Assembly: GCA_050952625.1 (NCBI GenBank)
Contig: JBMNLH010000005.1
Location: forward strand, 32,001 to 96,000
Reading direction: 5' to 3'
Origin: Bacillota bacterium
Lineage (GTDB): Bacteria; Bacillota; Ch66; Ch109
Length of the DNA: 64,000 nt
Part shown: piece by piece, positions 31,197 through 41,344 of the stretch
How positions within the stretch are numbered: position 1 is the stretch's first letter
Layout: every line of letters starts with the position of its first letter
Notes under the pieces: generated by a model
What the model was told of the DNA's origin: nothing
Databases searched by the model: none
The model's input: the letters and a program-made list of their open reading frames with translations, nothing else
Program-made: the position numbers and the translations under genes

Positions 31197-31458
31197 TTGC
31201 TCTTAATTATATTGTCCGGTATCTTGTTTTATCAAAAGGAAAAAATATTTGGATTTATGGTATTATTCATTTTGATAGCATTTGTGTTTGTAAGATTTGC
31301 CCGTATGAAAGATAACGATGATTTAGATATAAGATCTAATAGCATGTTGACTAATTTTTATGTTAGGACGGCTTTTTTTTTTATTTGTTTTAGTTGGGAT
31401 TGTGTTTTTGGTATATGCGGTCGACGCCATGATTTTGTGGCACTGGTATCCTGATTAA
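31197..31458 (+). CDS. Small membrane protein, possibly frameshifted at a T10 tract
   Basis: Two hydrophobic helices; a T9 allele at 31373-31382 would give a third (AFFLFVLVGIVFLVYAVDAMILW). Confidence 0.55.
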
Positions 31459-31479
31459 TATGGCATATGGAGAAGAGTA

Positions 31480-32184
31480 ATGATATTAGCTGGAAGCGAG
31501 CTTGTTAAAAGAGTCAAAAAAGAGAAGATATTTGAAGATACTATTGATTGGCATTGCTTTACCGGTTGGCAATTTGATTTGAAGCTTGGTAAAGAGGCGT
31601 TTATTTCAGATAATAACAAACCGATTATTTTAGGGGAAAATGACTATCTGGTTATTGAACCCGGAACGTTTGCTTTACTTGAGACAGAAGAACGAATAAA
31701 TATGCCTCATGATTTAATGGGGTTTATTGCTGTTAAATTTTCCTTTAAGAAACTTGGATTAGTAAATATTTCAGGTTTTCATGTTGACCCAGGATATAAA
31801 GGTAAACTAATTTTTTCAGTCTATAATGCCGGACCCAATGATATTCTTATGCAGAGAAACAAAGCTGTTTTTATGATCTTTTTTGTTAGTCTGACCAATG
31901 CGCTAGACGAATTTATGGAACAGATAAAATCTGGTTCGAACGATCTTCTGTTAGATGATGGGGAGTTAGAGCTAATTAAATCTAAGGAAGATAAAATTAT
32001 TCGAAAATCAGGCTATAGCGGTATCCCGATCGACATGATGACAGCCATCCAGGGCAATAGTGTGTCGTTATCCAGGAACGCTAGCCGAATAGAGAAATTA
32101 GAAAACAATTTTAAGATATTTGGTTCAATTGCGTTAACGATAATAGGAGCACTTATAACGATTTTGCTTACTCTGTCGAAGTGA
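31480..32184 (+). CDS. dCTP deaminase/dUTPase-fold protein with a C-terminal coiled coil and TM helix
   Basis: FDLKLG, PGTFALLETEE.I.MP and HVDPGYKGKL motifs; C-terminal IFGSIALTIIGALITILLT. Confidence 0.8.
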   Translation: MILAGSELVKRVKKEKIFEDTIDWHCFTGWQFDLKLGKEAFISDNNKPIILGENDYLVIEPGTFALLETEERINMPHDLMGFIAVKFSFKKLGLVNISGFHVDPGYKGKLIFSVYNAGPNDILMQRNKAVFMIFFVSLTNALDEFMEQIKSGSNDLLLDDGELELIKSKEDKIIRKSGYSGIPIDMMTAIQGNSVSLSRNASRIEKLENNFKIFGSIALTIIGALITILLTLSK

Positions 32185-32846
32185 GTATAATTGCCATGCA
32201 ATACATTTATACGACCGGCAAAGGTGACAGTTATCCAATCGAATTGGACTATAAGGCTATTTTATCCGATCAACTGGTTTCAGACTATAATCGGGTGACA
32301 GGATACTGCAAAACTGGATGCAAAAATTATAACTATGCGGGTGGGTGTCCGCCTTTAGCACCTAATTTTGAATTGCTACGAGAGAAATATCCATTGGCGG
32401 TACTGATTTATGCCAGGTTGTATTCAGAATTTAAACCGGATAAGGTAAAAGCTTCTGAAAAAGTTTATATTCATTATCGTTTTCAGGATATAATACTATC
32501 TAATTTATTAACGAACTTAGGTTATGAATTGACAAGAAAGAATAGAAACCAAATCTTTTTTTTAAACAATGGTTATTGTATGGGCTGTGGCAACAAGAAA
32601 TGTAACTTTAAATTAGGTAATAATTTCTGCGCCAATCCTGACCGAAGAACGTTCTCATTGGAAGCATGTGGAGTTGATGTTGAGGCAAGCTTAAAAAAAA
32701 TATTTAATATAGAATTACAGTGGTATAACAAATCTAATTATAATACTGTTGAGCATATGACCAAAGCGATTGCTTTACTTTGTAAAAACCATGCACAACA
32801 AGCTGAGCTATCAAATTCATTAATTGGTTGTTTAAATGGTTTATAG
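32181..32846 (+). CDS. DUF2284-like Cys-rich metal-binding protein
   Basis: CKTGCKNY...CPP, GYCMGC...C...C..P...SLEACGVDV motifs. Confidence 0.75.
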   Translation: MSIIAMQYIYTTGKGDSYPIELDYKAILSDQLVSDYNRVTGYCKTGCKNYNYAGGCPPLAPNFELLREKYPLAVLIYARLYSEFKPDKVKASEKVYIHYRFQDIILSNLLTNLGYELTRKNRNQIFFLNNGYCMGCGNKKCNFKLGNNFCANPDRRTFSLEACGVDVEASLKKIFNIELQWYNKSNYNTVEHMTKAIALLCKNHAQQAELSNSLIGCLNGL

Positions 32847-33094
32847 CAGCCACGGGGACGGTTCTCGTGGCCGGTTTGGCACAAAAATATAGAAATACCT
32901 TGCTAGTAAGATGTAATTAAAAACGATCGCGTTGACCACATCATAACAACCCCTACGGCTAGCTTACTGATTTTCTTCTATACTGGACTTGGTGTTGAGG
33001 GCTTGTTTTTCAGTATTTTTCGATGTGGTGGCTCTGAAAAATACACACAGTGGCTCTGCTTAATACACGGGGTGTGTCTAAGAATCGCACTGCC

Positions 33095-33287
33095 GAATCT
33101 AACAGTTGCCAGGATAAGCGAAACTGAAGCCAATTTAATCCCCTTCTGCCCAGAGCTGGAAAGCCGGCAAAAAGAAATCAAACAACTGCAACGCAAACTG
33201 GACCGGCAAAGAAGGGCGAATAACCCGGACAACTATAATCCAGACGGGACAATCAAAAAAGGCCGCCTAAAATGGTTAGCCAATTAG
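33095..33287 (+). pseudogene. TnpB (IS200/IS605/IS607) fragment
   Basis: IKQLQRKLDRQRRANNPDNYNPDGTIKKG, a segment characteristic of clostridial TnpB proteins. Confidence 0.7.
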
Positions 33288-33540
33288 AAGAAGATATTTA
33301 ATTCATTTGAAAGGTCTGAAAAACCATTTCTAATACGAATAAGTTAGTTGAATTGTCAAGTTTTGATTGGATAAGATCATCATCCGGAGATCCACCTGAT
33401 TCATGATTATTTTGACCCTGAAGTTTGGTGGCAGAGCCAGGAGGACCAGAAACGGGGAGTTTTGGAGTATTTGAAAATCTTTCGCTTCTACATAAGGGAG
33501 CAGTTTGAGTTGTAAGTAGAGAGAGGGGGTCATCCATCTA

Positions 33541-34179
33541 ATGGATAAGTTGAACTTTAAAGGCCTCATTACATCAATCCAACCACGAATACGACTAACC
33601 CGTTCATTTGATGAAGCCTCTCATACATATTTGGGTTATGCCATTAAAATTGCCGGAACCATTGATAACCAAGATTTTTCCAAACAAACCATCTTCTCCA
33701 TCGGTATCGGCAAAGCAGCTCAAGCTAAATTTAACTTCAAAGTAAATGACATTATCTCCGGCGAATGCCTTCCTGTTTCGGATCCGGACATAGAGCCGGT
33801 AGATTATTATAAGGTGTCATAATTAGCTAAGGCAGTGGAAGGAGAGCCGGGCAGCCTATCAGCACCCTGGGAATTGGTTCCGCCGGAGCTGAAAGTTTAC
33901 CGGGAAAGGGGACACCGGAGACTGGCTGCCAGGACTTATGAAGCTAAATGCAGTAGCTGCATGTGGGGTGCTAGGATGCCGGTAGAAATAATAGTTGATA
34001 ACTGGAACCCAAAGGGCCGGAGGAAGTATCGGTTTGAGACTTTTTGTTATGGCCCTTTGAGTTGTAAATTGTATAAAGCTGGACCAAACAGAAAGGTAGA
34101 AGGCCGAAACGGGATGGTCTATGTGGAGGAAGATTGGGTTGATCAGATGATGACCGAACATCGGGAGCCGGATGAGTAG
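33541..34179 (+). pseudogene. Copy of the 39343..39988 protein with an in-frame stop at 33820-33822
   Basis: The two track ORFs are collinear with the intact paralog. Confidence 0.88.
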
Positions 34180-34653
34180 TTATTGTTAAAAAGAATATAA
34201 AATGAGTCAGCCATCCCATAATGTCCATCAATAGACGGAGTATAATGTCCGAGATATGACGGTGCCAATGACCAAAAATAATGTGATATTCAATGCTAGT
34301 GCCAGTGATCCAAAAGGTAAGGTTTTGTACTATTGGTTCAGTTTTTGGCCCAAAGGATTCATGTTCGCTAAAGACGAAATACGAATCCCTTGGGCTGATT
34401 GATTATTTTAGGCTTATGATGCCGGAAAGAGCCTTATAGGCATAGGCCACGGTTATGCTTTTTGACATTTTAGCTTGGCTCAAACACCTTGTTCATGCTG
34501 TGAGCTGAGGATGGGACTAGTAAGAGGCTAATGGTCTCCTGGTATGGAAAAATATTACACGATAATGGTAGAGTGTTTGGTGATCGGTTATAATGGTAAC
34601 ATCTTAAAATTGTTTATATGTAACATCGCAGAATTAGTTGTATGATTGGAGGG

Positions 34654-35694
34654 ATGTCTGTGAAAATTGAGGGGCTGCGGATAAAAAATTTTAAAATCCT
34701 AAAAGACATTACTCTGCGTAACTTGCCTAATATGGCTGTGTTTTTAGGGGCCAACGGTTCAGGAAAATCCACTCTCTTCGATGTTTTTGGCTTTTTGCAT
34801 GATTCCCTCATTGACAATGTTCGGGCAGCTCTGACCAAGCGAGGTGGATATAAAGAGGTAGTAAGTCGGGGACAGGAAGGACCAATTGAATTTGAAATAA
34901 AGTTTCGGCCATCCCCGGGCGAGACCCTGGTAACTTATGAATTGCATATTGGTTTAGATGGACGGGGGCTACCGGTAGTGCAGCGTGAATTATTAAAATA
35001 CCGACGAGGACAAAAAGGGAAACCATGGCATTTCCTCGATTTTTCTAATGGAGTGGGGCACGCTATCGTTAATGAGAGTGACTACGGCAAAAAGGGAGTT
35101 CAGGAGCAGCGGGAGGAACAAAAATTGGATTCCCCTGATATCCTGGCGATTAAGGGGTTGGGCCAATTTCAGAAATTTAAACAGGTAGCGGCTTTTCGCC
35201 GTTTAATAGAAGGTTGGCATGTTTCAGATTTTCATATTCAAGTAGCCAGAGCTAGTGTTGATGCCGGGTATGCGGAACACCTATCACCTACTGGCGAAAA
35301 TCTTCCTTTGGTAGCTCAATTTATGCATGAACATTATCCAGAACGGTTTCAACGAGTTTTACAAAAGATGGCAGAAAGAGTGCCCGGAATTGTTTCGGTA
35401 GAGGCAACTGAAACAGCTGATGGCCGAATTGTTTTACGTTTTCAGGATGATGCGTTTCGAGATCCCTTTGTGGCACGTTATGTTTCGGATGGGACCTTAA
35501 AGATGTTTGCTTACTTGCTGCAAATTCCTGGAGTAAAGTTTATTGTAGTCCGTGACCAGGATAGTGCTGATTGTATTCAGGTTAAGGAACGGTTACGGAC
35601 TCTTTGTATTCAATCTGATCACCCTGCCAACAAAAGGCAGGGTTTGATATTTTTCAGGAGGTGTTTAAGTCAAGCTAAAATGTCTAAAAGTTGA
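34654..35694 (+). pseudogene. ABC/AAA ATPase fused by deletion to a fragment of its partner gene (DUF4276-like)
   Basis: GANGSGKST and VSDGT present, Walker B missing; sequence jumps to FIVVRDQDSADC. Confidence 0.75.
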
Positions 35695-36021
35695 TGGAAT
35701 TGCCTGACCAGAGATTGCCGTATATAATGACCATATTATTGGCCGTAACATTTGGACACTAAAAGGGTGGTTTATTTGAAGGGTGCTGGCAATGGTTTTT
35801 CCATTTTATGCGGGGATTTTTAAGTTCTCTGCTTGGTATTTATTGTACCAAAAACAAACGGTGGTCATATCAAAAGTCGCAGTTTTTCCGAAACCTCTGC
35901 GATAACCTCGGGCGTAGCTGTACAGCAATATTCAGCCCCCCGTGCCTGCCAGTCGAGACTCTTAACCTGATCAGACAGCTTATGAAAGTCAATCCGTCTC
36001 AGGGGATTTTTATACAGTCTG

Positions 36022-36260
36022 CTGATGAAGCTGACTCTGGAGAAAGAATTGCCCACGGCAGCCACCCGGTGCTGGCCTGGATGATGGACAATATCCATAT
36101 CCGCACCGACCTGCCGGGAATATTAGACCGGATAAAACCAAGTCAACTGAAAAAATTGACGATGCAGTGGCTATGATTATGGCTCTTGACCGGTGTATCA
36201 GGAATGAGGGGGTCAGTAAAGATAAATCGGTGTATGATGAGTGGGGGCTGATTTTGCTTC
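36022..36260 (+). pseudogene. Phage terminase large subunit, C-terminal relic
   Basis: LMKLTLE.RIAHG.HPVLAWMMDNI.IRTD..GNIRPDK.KSTEKID.AVA.IMALDR...SVYDE across frameshifts. Confidence 0.8.
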
Positions 36261-36363
36261 ATATTTCAAGCTACTAAAACAAAGACCAGTATGTTAAAAT
36301 CTTATTGAAGCCTTCAATAAATTACCTTTATTTTAATTTATCAATTCGGAAGGAGGCGAGCAT

Positions 36364-37497
36364 ATGGCTACAGGTAGCAAAGTAGAGGTTAGCAGGGATA
36401 TTTATTTATGGGCGATTGAAGAATCCCAAAAAGATTTTATAGAGATAAAAAACAGATTCGAAAAAATTGAGACCTGGATTTCCGGGGAAGACTATCCTAC
36501 TTTTAGACAAGTGGAACGCCTAGCTAACTTTTTAGGGGTACCTTTAGGCTATATGTTTTTAGATGAGCCTCCTAGAACGAGCATAATTGAATCTGAATTC
36601 AGGACGATTGGAAACAAAATACCAGAAATTAGCAAGAATCTTCAAGACACCCTGTATATTATGGCCAGAAAAAAGGATTGGTTAAGTGAGTACCGCCGAG
36701 AAAAAGGCTGGAGCAAACTACTTCCCCATGATTTTGGTGAATTAAGCAGGGAAAACATTCTTCCTGCTAAAAAATATATTGACTTGGATGAGTTTTGGTA
36801 TAAAGAACATAGGAACAAAGGCACCGCTTTTAGATACCTTAGGCAGAGGCTTGAAGATAAAGGAATCATAGTTACGCAAAGCGGGATTGTAGGCTCTGAT
36901 AATCGCCGCAGGTTAGATGTAAATGAATTTAGAGGCTTTTTATTATATGATGACCTTGCACCTCTTATATTCATAAATAGTAGGGACAGCGAAGCGGGGA
37001 AAATTTTTACTTTGATTCACGAATACATTCACTTCTTATTGCAAGAGGATGATATATTCATCGATGAGGATAGCGATGAAACAAACATAAATATGATAAC
37101 GGCAGAGTTTTTAATGCCCACATCTCATGTTCAGGAACTATGGGATAATATTAGGCCGGAATTAGAACAAATTGAAGAATTAAGTAGACTGTTTCATGTT
37201 AGTAGATTAGCGGTAGCTATTAAGTTAAAGGACATAGGCAAAATTTCCCGGCATGTAGTCAATACAGTAAAACAGCAAACTGAAAAGGTGCTAAGTGAAA
37301 GGGGTGAGGAGGTGTCTAATGGTGGCGGTAACTACTACCGCACCATTAGATCCCGTCTTGGTGATAGTTTCTTAAGAGCTGTAATTCAGGGGGCGGAAGC
37401 TGGCGATATCAGCTACACCTATGCATTTGATTTGTTAGGCGGTTCCGCAAAACTGTATGATTACTTCAAAGAGGAATTTGTCGGCTATGAGAGATAA
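36364..37497 (+). CDS. HTH-ImmA/IrrE metallopeptidase
   Basis: N-terminal HTH (WISGEDYPTFRQVERLA); FRGF, IFIN and HEYIH motifs. Confidence 0.88.
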   Translation: MATGSKVEVSRDIYLWAIEESQKDFIEIKNRFEKIETWISGEDYPTFRQVERLANFLGVPLGYMFLDEPPRTSIIESEFRTIGNKIPEISKNLQDTLYIMARKKDWLSEYRREKGWSKLLPHDFGELSRENILPAKKYIDLDEFWYKEHRNKGTAFRYLRQRLEDKGIIVTQSGIVGSDNRRRLDVNEFRGFLLYDDLAPLIFINSRDSEAGKIFTLIHEYIHFLLQEDDIFIDEDSDETNINMITAEFLMPTSHVQELWDNIRPELEQIEELSRLFHVSRLAVAIKLKDIGKISRHVVNTVKQQTEKVLSERGEEVSNGGGNYYRTIRSRLGDSFLRAVIQGAEAGDISYTYAFDLLGGSAKLYDYFKEEFVGYER

Positions 37498-37978
37498 ATA
37501 CTTAATTGATGCAAACGTATTTATGACCGCCCATAGACAGCTATACCCATTTGATCTTGCCCCGAGCTTTTGGGAGCAGCTAGTTGAGAAAGCATCGGAT
37601 AGAATCGTAATAATCGAAGAAGTTCAAAAAGAAATACGAAGAGGCCAAGATTTACTAGTCGAGTGGTATGAAAGGGAGTGTGCCAAATTTACGGTCTTAG
37701 GGATACCTGACCCGAAAGTGATACACTCCTACAGAGTAATAATAAATTCAACAAATGCGAATGAGCAGTATACACCATCGGCCAAGAAGGAATTTGCTTC
37801 ATCAGCAGATTCGTGGCTATGTGCCTATGGATTGGCTTTTGGGGATACCATAGTAACCTTAGAAAAATATGAGGCCGATATTAAAAAGAGGGTAAAAATA
37901 CCCAACATTTGCAGGGAATTTGGGATTAAGTATATTGATTTATTGCAGTTCATGAGAGAAATAGGTATTAGGCTTTAA
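37487..37978 (+). CDS. PIN-domain protein (DUF4411 family)
   Basis: YLIDANVF, ADSWL.A, VTLE and KIPNIC motifs; overlaps the ImmA stop. Confidence 0.85.
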   Translation: MRDKYLIDANVFMTAHRQLYPFDLAPSFWEQLVEKASDRIVIIEEVQKEIRRGQDLLVEWYERECAKFTVLGIPDPKVIHSYRVIINSTNANEQYTPSAKKEFASSADSWLCAYGLAFGDTIVTLEKYEADIKKRVKIPNICREFGIKYIDLLQFMREIGIRL

Positions 37979-38174
37979 AGAAAATGTGTAACCACAAATG
38001 CTTATGATTTGGCAAAAAAGAAGCTTGAAGACATCTTCAAGAGATTTTTTGGATATTACTCCACCGGCATATATTCTGTCGCACGGCCATAGGCTGCTTT
38101 GGCATCTTTTACGCCAATTTCAGCCTGATCAACTTTTGCCTTCCTTTGTATACTATTGAGGGAGATGGTATTAG

Positions 38175-38609
38175 ATGGAAGTAAGGTTTGTTGATTCTGA
38201 GTTGGAGACGGTGATCGATCGGGTAATTAAATATTTCACAGAGATTGATGGGATTCAGGCAGCCTATTTGTTTGGTTCTTTTGCGACAAACAGAGTTACG
38301 GCAGAAAGTGATATTGATTTGGCGATTCTGACAAATGTAGCTTTGGATGAAGAACTCCTCTTCCAAATACAGGACACGCTAGAGGGATTAGTCGGCCGAG
38401 AAGTTGACTTGATAGACTTACGTAACTGTTCGCCAATTCTGGCTTATCAAGTTTTGAAATATGGAAAGAAGATTCTCCTTCGAGATGAACATGCCTTAAA
38501 TTTATGGATAATTCAAGTTTTGAACGCTTACTATGACTTAAAAATTGACCGTAGACCGATTGAGAGGAGTATTCTTGAGAGGAGCCACAGTAGAGGAGCT
38601 AGTATATGA
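38175..38609 (+). CDS. mntA: MntA-type nucleotidyltransferase antitoxin
   Basis: FGS-x10-DID motif; VDLIDL. Confidence 0.85.
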   Translation: MEVRFVDSELETVIDRVIKYFTEIDGIQAAYLFGSFATNRVTAESDIDLAILTNVALDEELLFQIQDTLEGLVGREVDLIDLRNCSPILAYQVLKYGKKILLRDEHALNLWIIQVLNAYYDLKIDRRPIERSILERSHSRGASI

Positions 38610-39052
38610 TTAAGTTTAAAGCGGATCAAGATGTGGTCTTGGCAAAGGTGGCCATAATTCGACGTTGTCTGAAGCGGATTGAAAAGGTCACGGAAGGCGA
38701 CCCGGCTAAACTGGATACATATGATTGTCAGGATATCTTTGTCCTTAATTTGCAGAGGGCGGTACAAGCGACGATAGACCTGGCAGTTCATCTGGTAGCG
38801 ATTAATGAACTGGGCATGCCTTCTAATATAAAAGACAGCTTTGAATTATTGAAAAGAGAATCTATCATCTCTAGCGACTTGGCGGATAGAATGAAAAGAA
38901 TGGTTGGCTTTCGAAATATAGCGGTTCACGACTATCAGGCCCTTGATCCTGAGATCCTTAAATCAATTTTAACTACAAACTTAATTGATTTGGTAGAGTT
39001 TTATGAAGCGGTTTTGCGCAGCCACGGGGACGGTTCTTGTGGCTGGGTTTAG
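38606..39052 (+). CDS. hepT: HepT-type HEPN RNase toxin (DUF86)
   Basis: RNIAVHDY (Rx4HxY); C-terminal SHGDGSCG is encoded by a REP. Confidence 0.88.
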   Translation: MIKFKADQDVVLAKVAIIRRCLKRIEKVTEGDPAKLDTYDCQDIFVLNLQRAVQATIDLAVHLVAINELGMPSNIKDSFELLKRESIISSDLADRMKRMVGFRNIAVHDYQALDPEILKSILTTNLIDLVEFYEAVLRSHGDGSCGWV

Positions 39053-39343
39053 TTTTGAATCTGTTGTTGAAAAATATTACACTAACAACCATGGGGACGG
39101 TTCTTGCGGCTGGCTTGGTGCTAAAATACGGAAGGCTAGCTAAAAACATTTCCTAAATAATATAAATAAATAAGTACCGGAAGTTCTCGGGGAATTTACG
39201 CTTATGGAGATTCCTCTACCGGGGTAATTGCGCAAGCAGCTACTAGGCATGAATCGGGGAAACAGGAATTTCTTTGGCATATTTGTCCATAAAAAAAGGA
39301 ACGGAGCAATTTGAATTGTAGGTGTAAGGAGGCTCAACACTTA

Positions 39344-39988
39344 GTGGACAAGTTAATTTTCACTGGAAAAATCACATCAATCCAGCCACGAATAAGACTA
39401 ACCCGTTCATTTGATGAAGCCTCTCATACATATTTGGGATATGCTATAAAAATTGCAGGAACCATTGATAACCAAGAAACGATATCATCAAATCAAAATA
39501 TGTTTTCCATTGGCATCGGCAAAGCAGCCCAAGCTAAATTTAAGTTCAAAGTTAATGACATTATCTCCGGTGAATGCCTCCCTGTTCCGGATCCGGACAT
39601 GGAGCCGGTGGATTATTATAAGGTATCGAAATTAGCTAAGGTGACGGAAGGAGAGCCGGGAAGCCTATCAGCACCCTGGGAATTAGTGCCGCCGGAGTTG
39701 GAGGTTTATCGCGAGCGGGGACACCGGCGGCTGGCGGCTAGGACTTATGAAACTAAATGCAGTAGCTGCATGTGGGGAGCTAGGATGCCGGTGGAGATAA
39801 TAGTTGATAATTGGAACCCCAGGGGCCGAAGGAAATACCGATTTGAGACCTTCTGCTATGGTCCTTTGAGTTGTAAATTATATAAGGCTGGCCCTAACCG
39901 AAAGGTCCAAGGCCGGAACGGGATGGTCTATGTGGAGGAAGATTGGGTTGATGAGGAGATGACGGGACATAGAGATCCAGATGAGTAG
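39344..39988 (+). CDS. Conserved hypothetical protein with CxxC/CxxxxxC motifs
   Basis: GTG start after RBS aggagg; intact paralog of 33541-34179. Confidence 0.8.
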   Translation: MDKLIFTGKITSIQPRIRLTRSFDEASHTYLGYAIKIAGTIDNQETISSNQNMFSIGIGKAAQAKFKFKVNDIISGECLPVPDPDMEPVDYYKVSKLAKVTEGEPGSLSAPWELVPPELEVYRERGHRRLAARTYETKCSSCMWGARMPVEIIVDNWNPRGRRKYRFETFCYGPLSCKLYKAGPNRKVQGRNGMVYVEEDWVDEEMTGHRDPDE

Positions 39989-40137
39989 CAACCGCGGGGA
40001 CGGTTCTCGTGGTTGGTTTGGCACTAAAAAACAGAAATGCCTTGCTAGTAGATTTTAGAGTAAGGGGCAAATAATGAAGCGTAAGGCGTGAGTGGTGAGG
40101 CGTGTAGCCCGCCCCTAAACCTTATTTATATTTTCAT

Positions 40138-40318
40138 CAGTGCTTATGCCGTACGGGCACAGGTGATTAGTTAGATAATCAAAGTAATAATCAATCATTC
40201 ATTTTACTCGCTTGGATATTTTAGGGGATATTGAGTTGCATAGACAGTATGCTGCAGTGATCCTGGGGGGAGGAATTCACGTCTGTGCGATTGTCCGCAA
40301 GCTTTCCCAGGAGGAATG
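40138..40318 (+). pseudogene. Upstream region and 5' remnant of the glpD-like gene
   Basis: Homologous to 25447-25635 (ttgcatagacagtatg...aagctttcccaggagg). Confidence 0.85.
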
Positions 40319-40349
40319 GGGTAGCCTTTTAGCGGATTTTATATAGCGA

Positions 40350-40823
40350 ATGTGGGGTAATATGACTTTAAAGAAAATTCTACCTTGGGTTGCTGTGACT
40401 TTTTGGATGGCTTTATTATTCTATTTATCTCATCAACCAGCAACAACATCTAATGAGTTGAGTACTGGCCTAACAGCGGTTATTATCCAAACGATAGAGA
40501 AAGTGATTCCCGGGGTGGAATTTGATCTAAGCTGGGTTAATCATCTCGTCCGGAAAAGTGCCCATTTCATGGCCTACTTGGTTTTAGGCAGCTTAGTGAT
40601 CAATGCTTTAAAGGGCAGTAGGGCCGTTGGTTATATTGGATATAAGCTTGTCCTTTTGGCTTTGTGCATCTGTATTTCGTATGCCATATCGGATGAAGTC
40701 CATCAGTTATTCGTTCCCGGCCGAGGCGGACAGCTAAAGGACGTCATCCTGGACAGTGCCGGAGCGACTATTGGGATTTATGTATTTAGGTATTTTTCTC
40801 TAAAAGGAACTGGGGTGCGTTAA
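40350..40823 (+). CDS. VanZ family membrane protein
   Basis: RKSAHF.Y..LG and YAISDEVHQLFVPGR..DV..D motifs. Confidence 0.9.
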   Translation: MWGNMTLKKILPWVAVTFWMALLFYLSHQPATTSNELSTGLTAVIIQTIEKVIPGVEFDLSWVNHLVRKSAHFMAYLVLGSLVINALKGSRAVGYIGYKLVLLALCICISYAISDEVHQLFVPGRGGQLKDVILDSAGATIGIYVFRYFSLKGTGVR

Positions 40824-40874
40824 ATATCTACTACCAGGGTTTCGGCCGGTGTTTTCATGGGGTTCACCTTCTTT

Positions 40875-41062
40875 CTACTGTAATGGGTCATTGAAGGTTA
40901 TTGGCAGCCGTCATCGCGGGTATTCATTAATGACGTAGGAAATCAAAATGTCCTAGTTATCCGTCGACTTCGTTGTCGTCATTGCCACCGGATACATCAC
41001 GAACTTCCGGATATCCTGGTTCCATATAAACGCCATAGCAGCGAAAGCATTGAGTCGGTTAA
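40875..41062 (+). pseudogene. DUF6431-like zinc-ribbon relic
   Basis: CNGSLKVIGSR...LVIRRLRCRHCHRIHHELPDILVPYKRH. Confidence 0.6.
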
Positions 41063-41252
41063 TTGGCTTAGAACGAAATTATTTCTTGATTCAAAGGGAT
41101 AGCCTTTTGCCCCAACCTACCAGGTCAAGCGAGGGGTGTGCATGAAAGCCGCTTTCCAGCAAGGGACCTGGCCTTGACACAACAAATAGCCGGAAGGTCC
41201 TAAATGGATCGCCCAGCTGTTTTTTGTTGAAAAACAAAACCAAGCCAAGTAA

Positions 41253-41330
41253 GTGCAAAACCTGGAAGGTGTTGGCTTTACCGTGGTTCCCTTCGGTCAA
41301 GGTTTTAAGGATATGAGTCCACCAAACAAG
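41253..41330 (+). pseudogene. Phage terminase large subunit, internal relic
   Basis: VQNLEGVGFTVVPFGQGFKDMSPP. Confidence 0.75.
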
Positions 41331-41344
41331 GCAGCAATAGTTTC

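Noticed and set aside
35808-36176. 122-aa ORF as a real gene
   Set aside because: Chimeric read-through into the frameshifted terminase relic
36022-41330. An intact prophage
   Set aside because: Only short terminase scraps; no portal, capsid, tail or integrase
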